Source: an uncultured Acidobacteriota bacterium (GTDB lineage: Bacteria > Acidobacteriota > Thermoanaerobaculia > Gp7-AA8). From it: DNA of 64,000 bases. The stretch is taken from the NCBI GenBank assembly GCA_963822445.1, contig CAWGHO010000001.1, positions 1,518,226 through 1,582,225 on the forward strand. Direction: 5' to 3'. Numbering within the stretch: the stretch's first letter is position 1; each line of letters starts with the position of its first letter. This document shows positions 19,180-29,131 of the stretch, piece by piece. The notes beneath the pieces were generated by a model, which saw nothing but the letters and a program-made list of their open reading frames with translations, searched no databases and was not told the origin of the DNA. A program made the translations under genes and the position numbers.

Positions 19180-21417
19180 ATGCGCAGAACGTTCTGCCTC
19201 TTACTGCTCCTCACCGCAGCCGCCGTTTCCGCTCAGGTCCCGAAGTTCAAATTCATCCCCGGGCCCAAGCCTGGTGGTGGGGACATCAAGGTCAGCGTCG
19301 CGGAGAAAAACGGCATCCTCGAAGTCCAGAAAGACGAGTACATGCTTCTGGAGAACGAGGTCCGCGTCGAGTACCAGGACATCAAAGTCGCGGCCGACAA
19401 GGTCACGGTCAACCTGCGCACGCATGACGTCGTGGCCGAGGGGCATGTCGTCATCGATCAGGGGCCGACGCGGGTCACCGCCAACCAAGCCTTCTACAAC
19501 CTCACCAGCAAGACCGGCACGTTCTTCAACGCCACCGCGGTCATGGATCCCTCGATGTACTTCGCCGGCGATCGCATCGAGAAAGTCGATGCCGATACGT
19601 ACCGGATGACCAACGGCACCTTCACCTCATGCGAGCTCGATCGTCCGGCGTGGTCCTTTCACGTCGGCAGCGCCGACGTGAACCTCGACGACTACGCGTA
19701 CATGAGCGACATCAAGTTCCGCGCGGGCGGGCTGCCGGTGTTCTACCTGCCGAGGCTCATCTGGCCGACCAAGCGCGATCGGTCGAAGGGACTACTCATT
19801 CCGCGGGCGCGTTATGTCGAGAAATTCGGGTCGCGGCTGGAGATGGGCTACTTCATGCCCTTCGGCGAATCCGTCGACGCGACTTTGTACGCCGACGTCA
19901 ATTTCCAGAAGTACTTCGGGGCCGGCCTCGAGCTTCGTTACGTGCCGTCCGAGAACGTGAAGATCGGCGATCTCCGGGCGCACATGGTCCACAACGCCGC
20001 GCGGAGTCAGCTGGAGTGGAAGTATCAGTACCAGCACGCGCAGGAAAACCTGCCGGGTGGCTTCCGCGGCGTCGTCGACATCCAGGATTTCTCCAATCTC
20101 GACTTCTTCCGCGAGTACGACGACGACACGCGGCTGCACACCCTCTCGAACATCTACTCATCCGCGTACCTGACGAAAAACCGGCCGAAATACTCGCTGA
20201 ACATCCTCTCCGACCGCCGCGACATCGAGCTGCTCGTGCCGAATCCGGACGACATCACTGAGCTGGTCACGGCGCGGCAGCGTTTCGAGCAGCTTCCGTC
20301 GCTGCAATTGCGCATGTATCCGCAGCGCATCGGCGGAACTCCGATTTACTTCTCGATGGAATCATCGGCGTCGCATCTGCGATCGGGAGGCGTCAGCCCG
20401 ACCGGCGAGCGTCGCGTCGATGCCGATTACTCGCGCGCTGACATTTTCCCGACGGTCGCGCTGCAGCTCCGTACCCCGCCGTGGCTCTCGCTCAAACCGC
20501 AGCTTTCCGTGCGACAGACCTTCTACACGGCCAGCCTGCAATGTCCGGATGAAACGGAAACCTGCTTCGATCGCGAGCTGCGCGATGACGAGTCCATCTC
20601 CCGTTTCTACGCGCAGGGACAGGTCGAAGCGGTCGGACCGTCGTTCTCGCGCGTCTTCAATCGCGCGGCCGGCGGTTTCAGCCGCTTCAAGCACGTCATC
20701 GAGCCGCGCGTCCGCTACGTCTACACGACCGACGTGAAGAATCGGAACGAGATCGTCCGCTTCGACACCGTCGACTCGCCGTTCCTGCCGCTGGTGCAGG
20801 ACTCGGTCGAGTACTCGCTCACCCAGCGCCTGATCGGCAAGGAAGCGGCGGAAGGCGGCAACGCGCGCGAAGTGCTGTCATTCGCGCTGCGCCAGAGCGT
20901 CGCGCTTTCCGAACCGTTCCAACGGCCGGGATCGACGACGACCACCGCGAGCGAGCACAAGTTCACGCCGCTCCTCGCATCGCTCCGCTTCAATCCCTAC
21001 CAGTCCATCACCCTCGACGCCTCGGCGACCTTCGGCAACGTCTCTCATCAACTCGATCAGGTCAGCCTCTCGGCGAACATCGTCGGCACCGGCGCGCGCG
21101 CCGACAAGTACATGCACTTCACCTGGTTCTCCTCGTTCAATCCTCCGGGGTTCACCGACGCGGGATCGAGCCAGGTGCGCCTCAACGCCGGCTCGGCGAT
21201 CGTACGCGATCGCATTCGCGCAGACGTGCAGCTCAACTTCGACATCAAGGACCAGAAGTTCCTCGAGCAGCGCTACCTCCTCGGCTGGACAGGCTCCTGC
21301 TACGGAATCGCCGTCGAGTACCGCAACTACTTCCTCTTCGGCGTCACCGATCCGAACCGCAACAGCTTCGGCATCGCCCTCACGCTCAAGAACGTCGGGA
21401 CGATCCCCATCAACTAA
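19180..21417 (+). CDS. lptD: LPS-assembly protein LptD
   Basis: Signal peptide, jellyroll N-terminus, FTSC..PAW, R.KGLLIP, KHVIEPR, beta-barrel ending ALTLKNVG. Confidence 0.88.
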   Translation: MRRTFCLLLLLTAAAVSAQVPKFKFIPGPKPGGGDIKVSVAEKNGILEVQKDEYMLLENEVRVEYQDIKVAADKVTVNLRTHDVVAEGHVVIDQGPTRVTANQAFYNLTSKTGTFFNATAVMDPSMYFAGDRIEKVDADTYRMTNGTFTSCELDRPAWSFHVGSADVNLDDYAYMSDIKFRAGGLPVFYLPRLIWPTKRDRSKGLLIPRARYVEKFGSRLEMGYFMPFGESVDATLYADVNFQKYFGAGLELRYVPSENVKIGDLRAHMVHNAARSQLEWKYQYQHAQENLPGGFRGVVDIQDFSNLDFFREYDDDTRLHTLSNIYSSAYLTKNRPKYSLNILSDRRDIELLVPNPDDITELVTARQRFEQLPSLQLRMYPQRIGGTPIYFSMESSASHLRSGGVSPTGERRVDADYSRADIFPTVALQLRTPPWLSLKPQLSVRQTFYTASLQCPDETETCFDRELRDDESISRFYAQGQVEAVGPSFSRVFNRAAGGFSRFKHVIEPRVRYVYTTDVKNRNEIVRFDTVDSPFLPLVQDSVEYSLTQRLIGKEAAEGGNAREVLSFALRQSVALSEPFQRPGSTTTTASEHKFTPLLASLRFNPYQSITLDASATFGNVSHQLDQVSLSANIVGTGARADKYMHFTWFSSFNPPGFTDAGSSQVRLNAGSAIVRDRIRADVQLNFDIKDQKFLEQRYLLGWTGSCYGIAVEYRNYFLFGVTDPNRNSFGIALTLKNVGTIPIN

Positions 21418-21779
21418 TGCGCGGTCTGTTGCTGGCGGTGCTGCTCTTCACCGCGTGCCGCTCCGAGGAGCCTCCTGTCCCCGATGCGGCGTTGCGTGAC
21501 ATTCTTTTTCAGATACGGAAGGCGATCGATCATTTTCACGACGACAACGGCCACTATCCGCATTCTCTGGAGGACCTCGTTCCGCGTTATCTCAGGCGGA
21601 TTCCCGTCGATCCGGTGACGAAGTCGTCGACGACATGGCGGCTCGTGACCGAGCAGACCGTCCAGCCGAGCGCGGATTTCTCGGCGACCGCAGCGCCGGC
21701 TTCGAAGCCGGAGATCTATGACGTCCACAGCGGCGCCACAGGCACCGATTCGACCGGGAAAGCGTGGGCGGATTACTGA
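21417..21779 (+). CDS. Predicted lipoprotein carrying a GspG/pseudopilin-like head domain
   Basis: Lipobox LLFTAC; LRDILFQIRKAIDHF..D.GHYPHSLEDLV..YLRRIPVDPVT...IYDVHSG. Confidence 0.7.
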   Translation: MRGLLLAVLLFTACRSEEPPVPDAALRDILFQIRKAIDHFHDDNGHYPHSLEDLVPRYLRRIPVDPVTKSSTTWRLVTEQTVQPSADFSATAAPASKPEIYDVHSGATGTDSTGKAWADY

Positions 21780-22456
21780 TGCCCAACGTCTACACTTTCA
21801 AGGATTTCGAGGGCAGCTCGCACCGCATCCTGATCGACCTGATCGGACGTCACGCGAAGCGGCGCGGCACGCTGCTCGATCTCGGTGCCGCGGGCGGCGA
21901 GTTGGGCGCGTCGCTGCGCGATCAATTCGAACGGACGATCGGCTTCGAGTTCAACGTCGATTGCGTGTCGACGCTGACGAAGTGTTTCGATCAGGCGGTC
22001 ATCGCCGATCTGGAGAAGGTCAAGCGCCTGCCCACGGACATCGACGTGATCGTGCTCGCCGACGTGCTCGAGCATCTGCGCAGTCCGACCTCGACGCTCG
22101 CACTCGTGCGGGAGTCGCTCGCGCCGGACGGCCGTGCCTTCATCTCCGTCCCGAACATCGCCAACATCACCGTCCGCCTGGGCCTGCTCTTCGGCATCTT
22201 CGAATATCGCGATCGCGGCATCCTCGATTCGACCCACCTGCGCTTCTACACCAAGCGCACGATCCGCCGCGAGATCGAAAACGCAGGCTTCGAGATCCTG
22301 GACATGCGCGGCTCCTCGGTACCGATCCGCCTGATCATCGGCAAGTACACGCCGGAACCGATCCTGCGGGTCGGTGAACGATTACTGTCGCTGCTCACGA
22401 GGCTCTGGCGGGGGCTGTTCGCCTACCAGATCATCATCGTCGCCGCGCGGAAATGA
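21779..22456 (+). CDS. Class I SAM-dependent methyltransferase (glycan-associated type)
   Basis: LLDLGAAGG, ADVLEHL, SVPN, GILDSTHLRFYT. Confidence 0.88.
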   Translation: MPNVYTFKDFEGSSHRILIDLIGRHAKRRGTLLDLGAAGGELGASLRDQFERTIGFEFNVDCVSTLTKCFDQAVIADLEKVKRLPTDIDVIVLADVLEHLRSPTSTLALVRESLAPDGRAFISVPNIANITVRLGLLFGIFEYRDRGILDSTHLRFYTKRTIRREIENAGFEILDMRGSSVPIRLIIGKYTPEPILRVGERLLSLLTRLWRGLFAYQIIIVAARK

Positions 22457-24908
22457 GCTCCCACGCGGCAACGGCGAGCCACGCTGCCAATCCGACGATC
22501 GCCGTCCACCACCAGCCGCGCGCGATGCGCCGCTGGTATACGACCTCGTGACGCCCGGCCGGGACCACGACGCCGGCGAAGAGCATGTTCATCTCGATGG
22601 CCTTCGCCTTCTTGCCATCGATGAACACGCGCAACTCGGGGGTGAGCTTTTCCGAGGACGCGAGGAAGAACGGCGCGGATGATTCGGCGATCATGCGCTG
22701 CTCATCCGGCGCGTAGCTCGTGAGCGTCACCCGCGCGTCCGTTGCGCCGACATCCGGCGGCATGACCGGATCGTCGGTGATGACGGCCTCCTGCGAATAG
22801 TCGATGTCGCGCGCGGCGATAAACTCGTCGTCGTTGAGTTTTCGCACGCGCGAGACCGGCCAGAACCGCGGAAGCTCGCCGAGGTTGCGGAAGAGACGGC
22901 CGTCGGGAAGCTCGCGGTCGAAGATCACCGGCGTCATCACCCGCCCGTAAAACATCGGCGACTCGCCGGGATTCGCGTCCTCCCCTTTCAGCGTCCAGCC
23001 CTTGATGTTGTTCGCGCGCAGGCGAAGGGTGAGCGTGTCGCCGAGACGTGCGTGCGGCCGCACCGGCACGTAAATCTTGTTCATCACGTTCGCCTCTTTC
23101 TGCACGAACGCGCGCGACCAGAGCACGTCGGTGCCGCGGAGCAGCGTCACTTCGAGACGCCCGCGGCCTTCCTCGATGTTGATCGGGACCTCGATCGCCC
23201 AGTACGGCTCGGCGTCGATCTTCACCGTGCGCTGCAGAACCACGCCGTGCTTCAGCGGCAGCGAGCCGGTCTCCTTCACGCCGGGAGTCGTGGCCGCGAA
23301 GATCGTCCACTTCACGATGTCGATGGCGTTGTGCTCGATGTACCAGCGGACGCCGAGCATCCCCGCCAGCGGATCGTTGAAGTTGTATTTGAGGCTGTTG
23401 AGCGAGAGCACCGTCGAGTGGCCTGCCCACGACGTCGGATCGAGGCGGTGCACGAGGCGGCGGTAATCGGCTTCGGAACCGAAATGGCTGCGGATGTCCT
23501 CGAGGCGCAGCAACTCCGCAGAATTCGGCCAGAGGTAATCGAAGAACGGCGCGACGCGAAACGGTCCGCGCTCGCGCTGCAGGAACTGGATCACCGGCGT
23601 CGCCGGCACGAGCGACTTCCCGGGCTCGAGGAACGGATGGAAGCGGCCGGCGACGAGCGCAAGATCGAACGCGATCCAGATCGCCAGTCCGTATTGCAGC
23701 AAGCGCACGCGCCGCGGGATGAGTGCGGTTCCGGCCGCGGCGAGATAGCCGATCGCCAGCGGCAGCAGCAATCCGACACGGGCCAGCGCCGAATACTTGA
23801 AGCCGGGAAGCGACGCGACGAGCGGCGCGATGAACGGCGCGCCGAACATGCACGCGACGATCACCATCGCGGCGCCGAGCCAGAAGAATCGCGTTCTCGC
23901 CCGGCGGTTCACGAGTCCGATCAGCGCGAGTGCGACGACGATCGCGCCGAGGTAAACCGTGGCTTCGACGTAGTTGTTGAGGACTCCCAGGCCGGCGTCG
24001 CCTGTCCAGTTTTTGTAGACGGGGTTGCCGAGGCGGTCGGGATCGAAGAACGAGGCCCAGTGTGCGGACGGGAAGATCGCGCTGAGTGCCGTGGTCTGGC
24101 GCAGTTCGAGATAGCCGCTGCGCCTCAGCAGCTGCACGAACGGAATGAGAGACGGCAGCGCGATCAGAACGCCGATCGCAACGGCTGCCGCGGCGCGGAG
24201 GATGTTTCGAGGCGCGAGCGACGGCGCGAGACGAAGCGCGTACGCAATCACCAGATACGCGCCGTACGCCATCGCCGCGGGAAAGCCGGCGAGCGCGTAC
24301 GCGAGCGCGATCAGCGCCGCGACAGCGATCGAGAAGCGCTTTCCCTTCAGCGTCCGGCGAAGAAGCCAGAGCAGCGCGGGATAGAGCACGGTCGCGTTCG
24401 TGATCTGCCACAGCCAGCGTACGCCGTACACGCCGGCGCCGGCGATCACCAGCGCGCCGATGGCCGCGCCGCGGCGGCCGAGGCGCTCTTCACGAAGCCA
24501 GAGGTAGGCGAAGACGAACGACGCGTTCACTTTCAGAAAAACGATGCCCGTGTACACCCACGCCAGCGGCACGAGCAGGACCGGCAACAGGACGAAGGGC
24601 GAAAGCATCGCTGCCGCGGACGAGCCGAAGCCGGGGATGCCCGCGGCGACGTACGGATTCCAGTGAAAGACGCGCCAGTCGTCCTTCACCAGTGACATCA
24701 GCGTGAAGTAGGCGGTCGGCGGATCGTTGAGGAGCCGGTTCTGCACGTCCGTTCCCGCGGGCCGCGCTGAAGCCCACGGCGAGAAGCCGTAATAAACGTC
24801 GTTCGGCGAGAGAGCCCGGCCCATGAACGCGACCGGAAAGAAGAGAACGAAGTTGTAGACGACCAGGGCGATGAGGGCCGCGCGGTGCTTCCGGAACAGT
24901 CGGACCAA
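22434..24908 (-). CDS. YfhO-family membrane glycosyltransferase (GT-C-like)
   Basis: WNPYVAAGIPG, many TM segments, C-terminal LPRF...VFIDGKK...GVVVPAGRHEV. Confidence 0.85.
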   Translation of the reverse strand: MVRLFRKHRAALIALVVYNFVLFFPVAFMGRALSPNDVYYGFSPWASARPAGTDVQNRLLNDPPTAYFTLMSLVKDDWRVFHWNPYVAAGIPGFGSSAAAMLSPFVLLPVLLVPLAWVYTGIVFLKVNASFVFAYLWLREERLGRRGAAIGALVIAGAGVYGVRWLWQITNATVLYPALLWLLRRTLKGKRFSIAVAALIALAYALAGFPAAMAYGAYLVIAYALRLAPSLAPRNILRAAAAVAIGVLIALPSLIPFVQLLRRSGYLELRQTTALSAIFPSAHWASFFDPDRLGNPVYKNWTGDAGLGVLNNYVEATVYLGAIVVALALIGLVNRRARTRFFWLGAAMVIVACMFGAPFIAPLVASLPGFKYSALARVGLLLPLAIGYLAAAGTALIPRRVRLLQYGLAIWIAFDLALVAGRFHPFLEPGKSLVPATPVIQFLQRERGPFRVAPFFDYLWPNSAELLRLEDIRSHFGSEADYRRLVHRLDPTSWAGHSTVLSLNSLKYNFNDPLAGMLGVRWYIEHNAIDIVKWTIFAATTPGVKETGSLPLKHGVVLQRTVKIDAEPYWAIEVPINIEEGRGRLEVTLLRGTDVLWSRAFVQKEANVMNKIYVPVRPHARLGDTLTLRLRANNIKGWTLKGEDANPGESPMFYGRVMTPVIFDRELPDGRLFRNLGELPRFWPVSRVRKLNDDEFIAARDIDYSQEAVITDDPVMPPDVGATDARVTLTSYAPDEQRMIAESSAPFFLASSEKLTPELRVFIDGKKAKAIEMNMLFAGVVVPAGRHEVVYQRRIARGWWWTAIVGLAAWLAVAAWELISARRR

Positions 24909-24935
24909 GGCGGGTGGAGTTTAGACTGCCCGGCA

Positions 24936-25844
24936 ATGCGCAAAAAGCTCGTTGTGGCCGCGGACGTCGATCGCTCGCTTCTCGACAGGGCGCGCGCGGA
25001 TGGGCGATTCGAGGTCATCGACCGGCCGGTGGCCACGGAAGAGGATCTGATCGGCGCCGCGGCCGATGCCCAGATTCTGGTCACCCGCTCCTACAACCGG
25101 GTCACGCGGCGGGTGATCGAGAGCGCGCCGGATCTCGAGCTGATCGCCCAGGGCACGAGCGGCATCGACAACATCGACGCCGTTGCCGCCCGCGAACGCG
25201 GTGTCGCCATCGTGAACATGCCCGGCGAGAACGCGAACGCCGTGGCCGAGCTGGTGATCGGATTCATCATCGCCATGACCCGCACCGTTCCGTTCTACAC
25301 GCGCTCGATGCAGCGCGGCGAGTGGCTCCGCGAGGACTGCGCCACGCGCCACGAAATGCGCCACCACCGCCTCGGCATCATCGGCCTGGGCCAGGTCGGC
25401 TCGCGCGTCGCGCGGCTGGCCCGCGCGTTCGGCATGGAGCCGCGGGCGTACGACCCGTACGTCTCCGAAGCAGCCGTCGCGTCGCTCGATGAACTGCTGA
25501 CGACCTCGGACATCGTGACGCTGCACGTTCCGTTGACCGAAGAGACGCGGGGAATGATCGGCGCCAGTCAGATCGCGTCGATGCCGCGCGGCTCATTCCT
25601 GATCAACGCCGCCCGCGGCGAAGTGCTCGATCAACGCGCGGCGCTGGAGGCCCTGGCGAACGATCACCTGGCCGGCCTCGCCCTCGATGTCTTCGATCCC
25701 GAGCCGCCCGTTGGCGGGTTTCCGGATGATCCGCGGTTGATTCTCACGCCGCACGTCGGCGGGTGCTCGCACGAGTGCAAGACGGCGATCGGGGCGAGGT
25801 TGTACGAGAAGATCGTGGGGTTCATGAGTTTATCCCGCGCGTAG
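24936..25844 (+). CDS. D-isomer-specific 2-hydroxyacid dehydrogenase (SerA-like, no ACT domain)
   Basis: GIDNID, NANAVAEL, GIIGLGQVG, LHVPLT, INAARG, LDVF..EP, TPHVGG. Confidence 0.9.
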   Translation: MRKKLVVAADVDRSLLDRARADGRFEVIDRPVATEEDLIGAAADAQILVTRSYNRVTRRVIESAPDLELIAQGTSGIDNIDAVAARERGVAIVNMPGENANAVAELVIGFIIAMTRTVPFYTRSMQRGEWLREDCATRHEMRHHRLGIIGLGQVGSRVARLARAFGMEPRAYDPYVSEAAVASLDELLTTSDIVTLHVPLTEETRGMIGASQIASMPRGSFLINAARGEVLDQRAALEALANDHLAGLALDVFDPEPPVGGFPDDPRLILTPHVGGCSHECKTAIGARLYEKIVGFMSLSRA

Positions 25845-25938
25845 ACGCGGGATCTCACCGTGCACTGCGACTGTGCTGCCGACAGGCGCGATCCCCGCAG
25901 TATTACCGGGAGATCCCGCGTCTTCGCGCGGGATAAAC
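25828..25938. repeat. REP-like inverted-repeat element overlapping the 3' ends of two convergent genes
   Basis: gtttatcccgcgcgtagacgcgggatctc (25828-25856) and gagatcccgcgtcttcgcgcgggataaac (25910-25938); 29 bp with one mismatch. Confidence 0.88.
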
Positions 25939-27174
25939 TTCTTCACCATCCCGAAACACCGCGCTCACCAGATTCACCCCGAAGTGATAAACGAGGTGCA
26001 AATAGCTTGGCGCGTCGATCACCACGAAATCCGCGCATTTGCCCGTTTCAATCGAGCCGGTCTCGGATGAAAGCCGCAATGAATACGCGCCGTTCAGCGT
26101 GGCGGCGGTCAGCGATTCCTCGACGGTCATCTTCATCTGCAGCGTCGCCAGTTGCATGACCATCTGCATCGACTCGGTCATCGACGTGCCGGGATTGCAG
26201 TCCGTGGAGAGCGAGACGATCGCCCCCTTTTCGATGAGCTTCCGCGCCGGCGCGTACTGCGGCGACATGAGAAAGAACGACGTGGCCGGAAGCAAGTTCG
26301 CGACGGTATCCGAAGCGGCGAGTGCGTCGATTCCCGCGTCGGAGATTTGCATGAGGTGATCGGCCGACGCGGCGCCGACGATCGCCGCGAGCCTCGCGCC
26401 GTCCGTATCCGAAAGCTCGTCCGCGTGCAGCCGCGGAATCATCCCCAGCTCCGCCCCCGCTCGCAGAACGGTTTCGCCCTGATCGCGCGTGAAGACGCCG
26501 CGCTCGACGAAGGCATCGCAGAAAACGGCCAGCTTCTCCTCCGCGACGGCCGGCAGGATTTCGTCGAGGATCGTGGAGATGTAGCCCTCGCGGGCGGATT
26601 CGCTGCCTCGCGATTCGGGCGGAAATTCATGCGCGGCGAGACAGGTCGGCACCAGCCGCACGGGCGAAGTCTCGTTCGCGCGGCGGATGGCGCGGAGCTG
26701 TTTGAGCTCGGCCTCGACCGTCAATCCGTAGCCGCTTTTCGCTTCGGCGGTGGTCGTTCCGTAGCGCGCCATCGTCGTCGCGCGCTGCAGCACGTTCGCC
26801 GCGAGCTCGTCCTCGCTGGCCTGGCGCGTCGCGTGAACGGTCGACGCGATCCCGCCGCCCGACGCGGCGATCTCTTCGTAACTCTCGCCGCTCAGCCGGC
26901 GATTGAACTCCGACTCGCGCAATCCCGCGAACGGGATGTGCGTGTGCGAATCGATGAATCCCGGGACCGCCGCGCCACCGCGCGCGTCGAAGTCGTCGTC
27001 GATTTTCAGCTCCGCGGGGATGTCGCTCTCGCGCCCGACGAACGCGAACCGTCCGTCTTTCACCACGATGATCGATTTCTCGTGGATCACCAGCCGGCGC
27101 ATGGCCGCGCCGCGAACCGCACCGCGGCCCGCAGGCGTGGCGATCTGCGAGAGGTTGCGAACGAGAAGGGTCAC
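25903..27174 (-). CDS. hutI: Imidazolonepropionase
   Basis: PGFIDSHTH, YEEIAASGGGIASTV, EAKSGYGL, LHADEL, SADHL, STDCNPG. Confidence 0.95.
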   Translation of the reverse strand: MTLLVRNLSQIATPAGRGAVRGAAMRRLVIHEKSIIVVKDGRFAFVGRESDIPAELKIDDDFDARGGAAVPGFIDSHTHIPFAGLRESEFNRRLSGESYEEIAASGGGIASTVHATRQASEDELAANVLQRATTMARYGTTTAEAKSGYGLTVEAELKQLRAIRRANETSPVRLVPTCLAAHEFPPESRGSESAREGYISTILDEILPAVAEEKLAVFCDAFVERGVFTRDQGETVLRAGAELGMIPRLHADELSDTDGARLAAIVGAASADHLMQISDAGIDALAASDTVANLLPATSFFLMSPQYAPARKLIEKGAIVSLSTDCNPGTSMTESMQMVMQLATLQMKMTVEESLTAATLNGAYSLRLSSETGSIETGKCADFVVIDAPSYLHLVYHFGVNLVSAVFRDGEEVYPARRRGISR

Positions 27175-27675
27175 GGCTGCTGGCGCTGACGGAAGAGACT
27201 CGTCAGCGGCTGATCGTTGGCCTCTTCCTCGGCATCGAGCACGATCAACTGCTGAATCATGTCGAGCGTTCCCTGCAGCTTGTTGCGCGCGGCGCGGCGC
27301 TCCAGCTTGAGATCGCCGATGGACTTCTCCAGATCGCCGACGCGCTGCAAGGCCTGTCCGACGAGCCGCTCCGAGAGCAGCTCCGCGTCCTTCACGATCA
27401 GCTCCGCTTCCTTGCGCGCGTTGCCGATCAGATCCTCGGCCACCTTCTGCGCGGAAAGCAGCGTGTCCTTGAGAATGCGCTCGCGGTTGGAGTGGTCTTC
27501 GAGATCCTCGCGGAGCATGGCGTTCTCGCGCGAGGTGCGATCGACATCGCGCAGCAGCCGCTCGATCTCTTCGGCCACGAGGTGCAGGTATGCACGCACC
27601 TCATCCGGGTTGATACCCCTTGATTGCCCGCGAGAACGTCTGCTTCTGAATCTCGAGCGGTGTGAGGTTCTGCAT
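27171..27675 (-). CDS. divIVA: DivIVA-domain protein, frameshift near 27607
   Basis: MQNLTPLEIQKQTFSRAIKGY..DEVRAYL followed by a coiled coil, LKDTLLSAQK..ARKEAELIV. Confidence 0.85.
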
Positions 27676-27708
27676 GTGGTCCCCTCCCGGCACTCCCAGT
27701 TCGTAAAG

Positions 27709-28042
27709 CTACGGGACAGTATAGATCCGGACCATGACCGCCCGCAGGATCTCCCGCAAAAGCCAGATCAGGAGCACCAGCACCATCGGCGACCAGTCGA
27801 TGCCCGCCGTATCGAACCGGCGCAGCCAGCGGCGGATGGGGCGCAGGAACGGCCGGGTCATCCGCTCGAACAGGTCGTTGAGCATCTCCAGCGTTCCGTA
27901 GAACTGCTTGTGCCGCCAGCGGAACTTCGAGTTCCGCATGAAGAAGAGAATCCAGGAGAGGATCACCCAGATGAAGATCGTCCACGGAGAGGATGCTCAG
28001 GATCAGGTCGACGGCCCGGAAGACGATCAGGAGGAAGTCCAT
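27709..28042 (-). CDS. yggT: YggT-family membrane protein, frameshift near 27988
   Basis: VILSW...TRPFLRPIRR...IDWSPMV; sits between yggS and divIVA. Confidence 0.85.
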
Positions 28043-28713
28043 CAGCCGCGGCTCCCGAAGATCGCCCGGCCCACGCGGATGATCGTCGCGCCTTCCTCGA
28101 TCGCCACTTCGAAATCGTCGGTCATGCCCATCGACAGGTGTTCCAGCCCGAGATCATCGCGCATCGTCCGCAGCTCGCGAAAGTAAGGCCGCATTTCCTC
28201 GGCCTCGCCGAGCGGGGGAATGGTCATCAACCCGCGCAGATTCAGCGACGGCAGCTCGCGAATGGCGCTTGCGATTTCTGTAGCCTCGCGCAATCCGGCG
28301 CCGCTTTTCTGGTCTTCCCCGCCGACGTTCACCTGCAGCATGACGTCCTGCAGTTTCCCCGCTTCCGAGGCGATCCGGGCGATACGCGACGCGAGGTCGA
28401 TGGAGTCGACGGTTTGAATGACGTCGAACAGCCGCACTGCGTCCTTCGCTTTGTTCGACTGCAGATGTCCGATGAGGTGCCAGCGCGCTTCGCCGCTCAC
28501 CGCGGGCTTCTTGTCGCGCGCTTCCTGCACCTTGTTCTCGCCGACATTGGTGATGCCCGCGGCCAGCGCGTGCTCGACGTCGGTTGCTGGAAAGGTCTTC
28601 GTCACCGCAATCAGCGTCACCGCCTCGCGAGTCCGACCGGCGCGCGTGCAGGCCGCGGCGATGCGAGCCTCGACCGCGGCGACATTCGCGCGGATCTCGT
28701 CAGCTCGCGACAC
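28042..28713 (-). CDS. yggS: PLP homeostasis protein YggS
   Basis: LIAVTKT, GENKVQEA, WHLIGHLQSNK, LSMGMTDDFEVAIEEGAT.IRVGRAIFG. Confidence 0.96.
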   Translation of the reverse strand: MSRADEIRANVAAVEARIAAACTRAGRTREAVTLIAVTKTFPATDVEHALAAGITNVGENKVQEARDKKPAVSGEARWHLIGHLQSNKAKDAVRLFDVIQTVDSIDLASRIARIASEAGKLQDVMLQVNVGGEDQKSGAGLREATEIASAIRELPSLNLRGLMTIPPLGEAEEMRPYFRELRTMRDDLGLEHLSMGMTDDFEVAIEEGATIIRVGRAIFGSRG

Positions 28714-29131
28714 GCTTGCGCTCCACGAGACGGCCGTCCGCGCGATCGACGGCGAGATTCGCCAGGCGATCCGCGTCTTTGTTGCCCGCGCGGAGGGTGT
28801 GGCGAATGGAGAAGCGGGCGAACTTCCGCACCAGCGCCTTCGCCTTCGCGTGCATCGGAACGAGATTCGGATGCTTGACGCGGTAGATGCCGAGCATCTG
28901 TTTCACGAGCAGCTCGGAATCCGAAACGATCTCGACCTCGCGAGCCCCCTCGGCATCCGCGACTTCCAGAGCTTCGAGCAGTCCCGCGTATTCGGCGACG
29001 TTGTTCGTCGTGCGGCCGAGGTAGCCGCAGACTTCGATGATCTCGCCGGTGTCGGTGGTGATGTAAACGCCGTAGCCGGCCGGGCCGGGGTTGCCCCGCG
29101 CCGCGCCGTCGATGAATGCGATGAGCTTCAG
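28700..29131 (-). CDS. rnhA: Ribonuclease HI family protein, probable CTG start
   Basis: Read by hand: LKLIAFIDGAARGNPGPAG...TNNVAEYAGL...DSELLVKQMLG...NKDADRLAN; the ORF track shows only the last 68 aa. Confidence 0.9.
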   Translation of the reverse strand: MKLIAFIDGAARGNPGPAGYGVYITTDTGEIIEVCGYLGRTTNNVAEYAGLLEALEVADAEGAREVEIVSDSELLVKQMLGIYRVKHPNLVPMHAKAKALVRKFARFSIRHTLRAGNKDADRLANLAVDRADGRLVERKRVAS

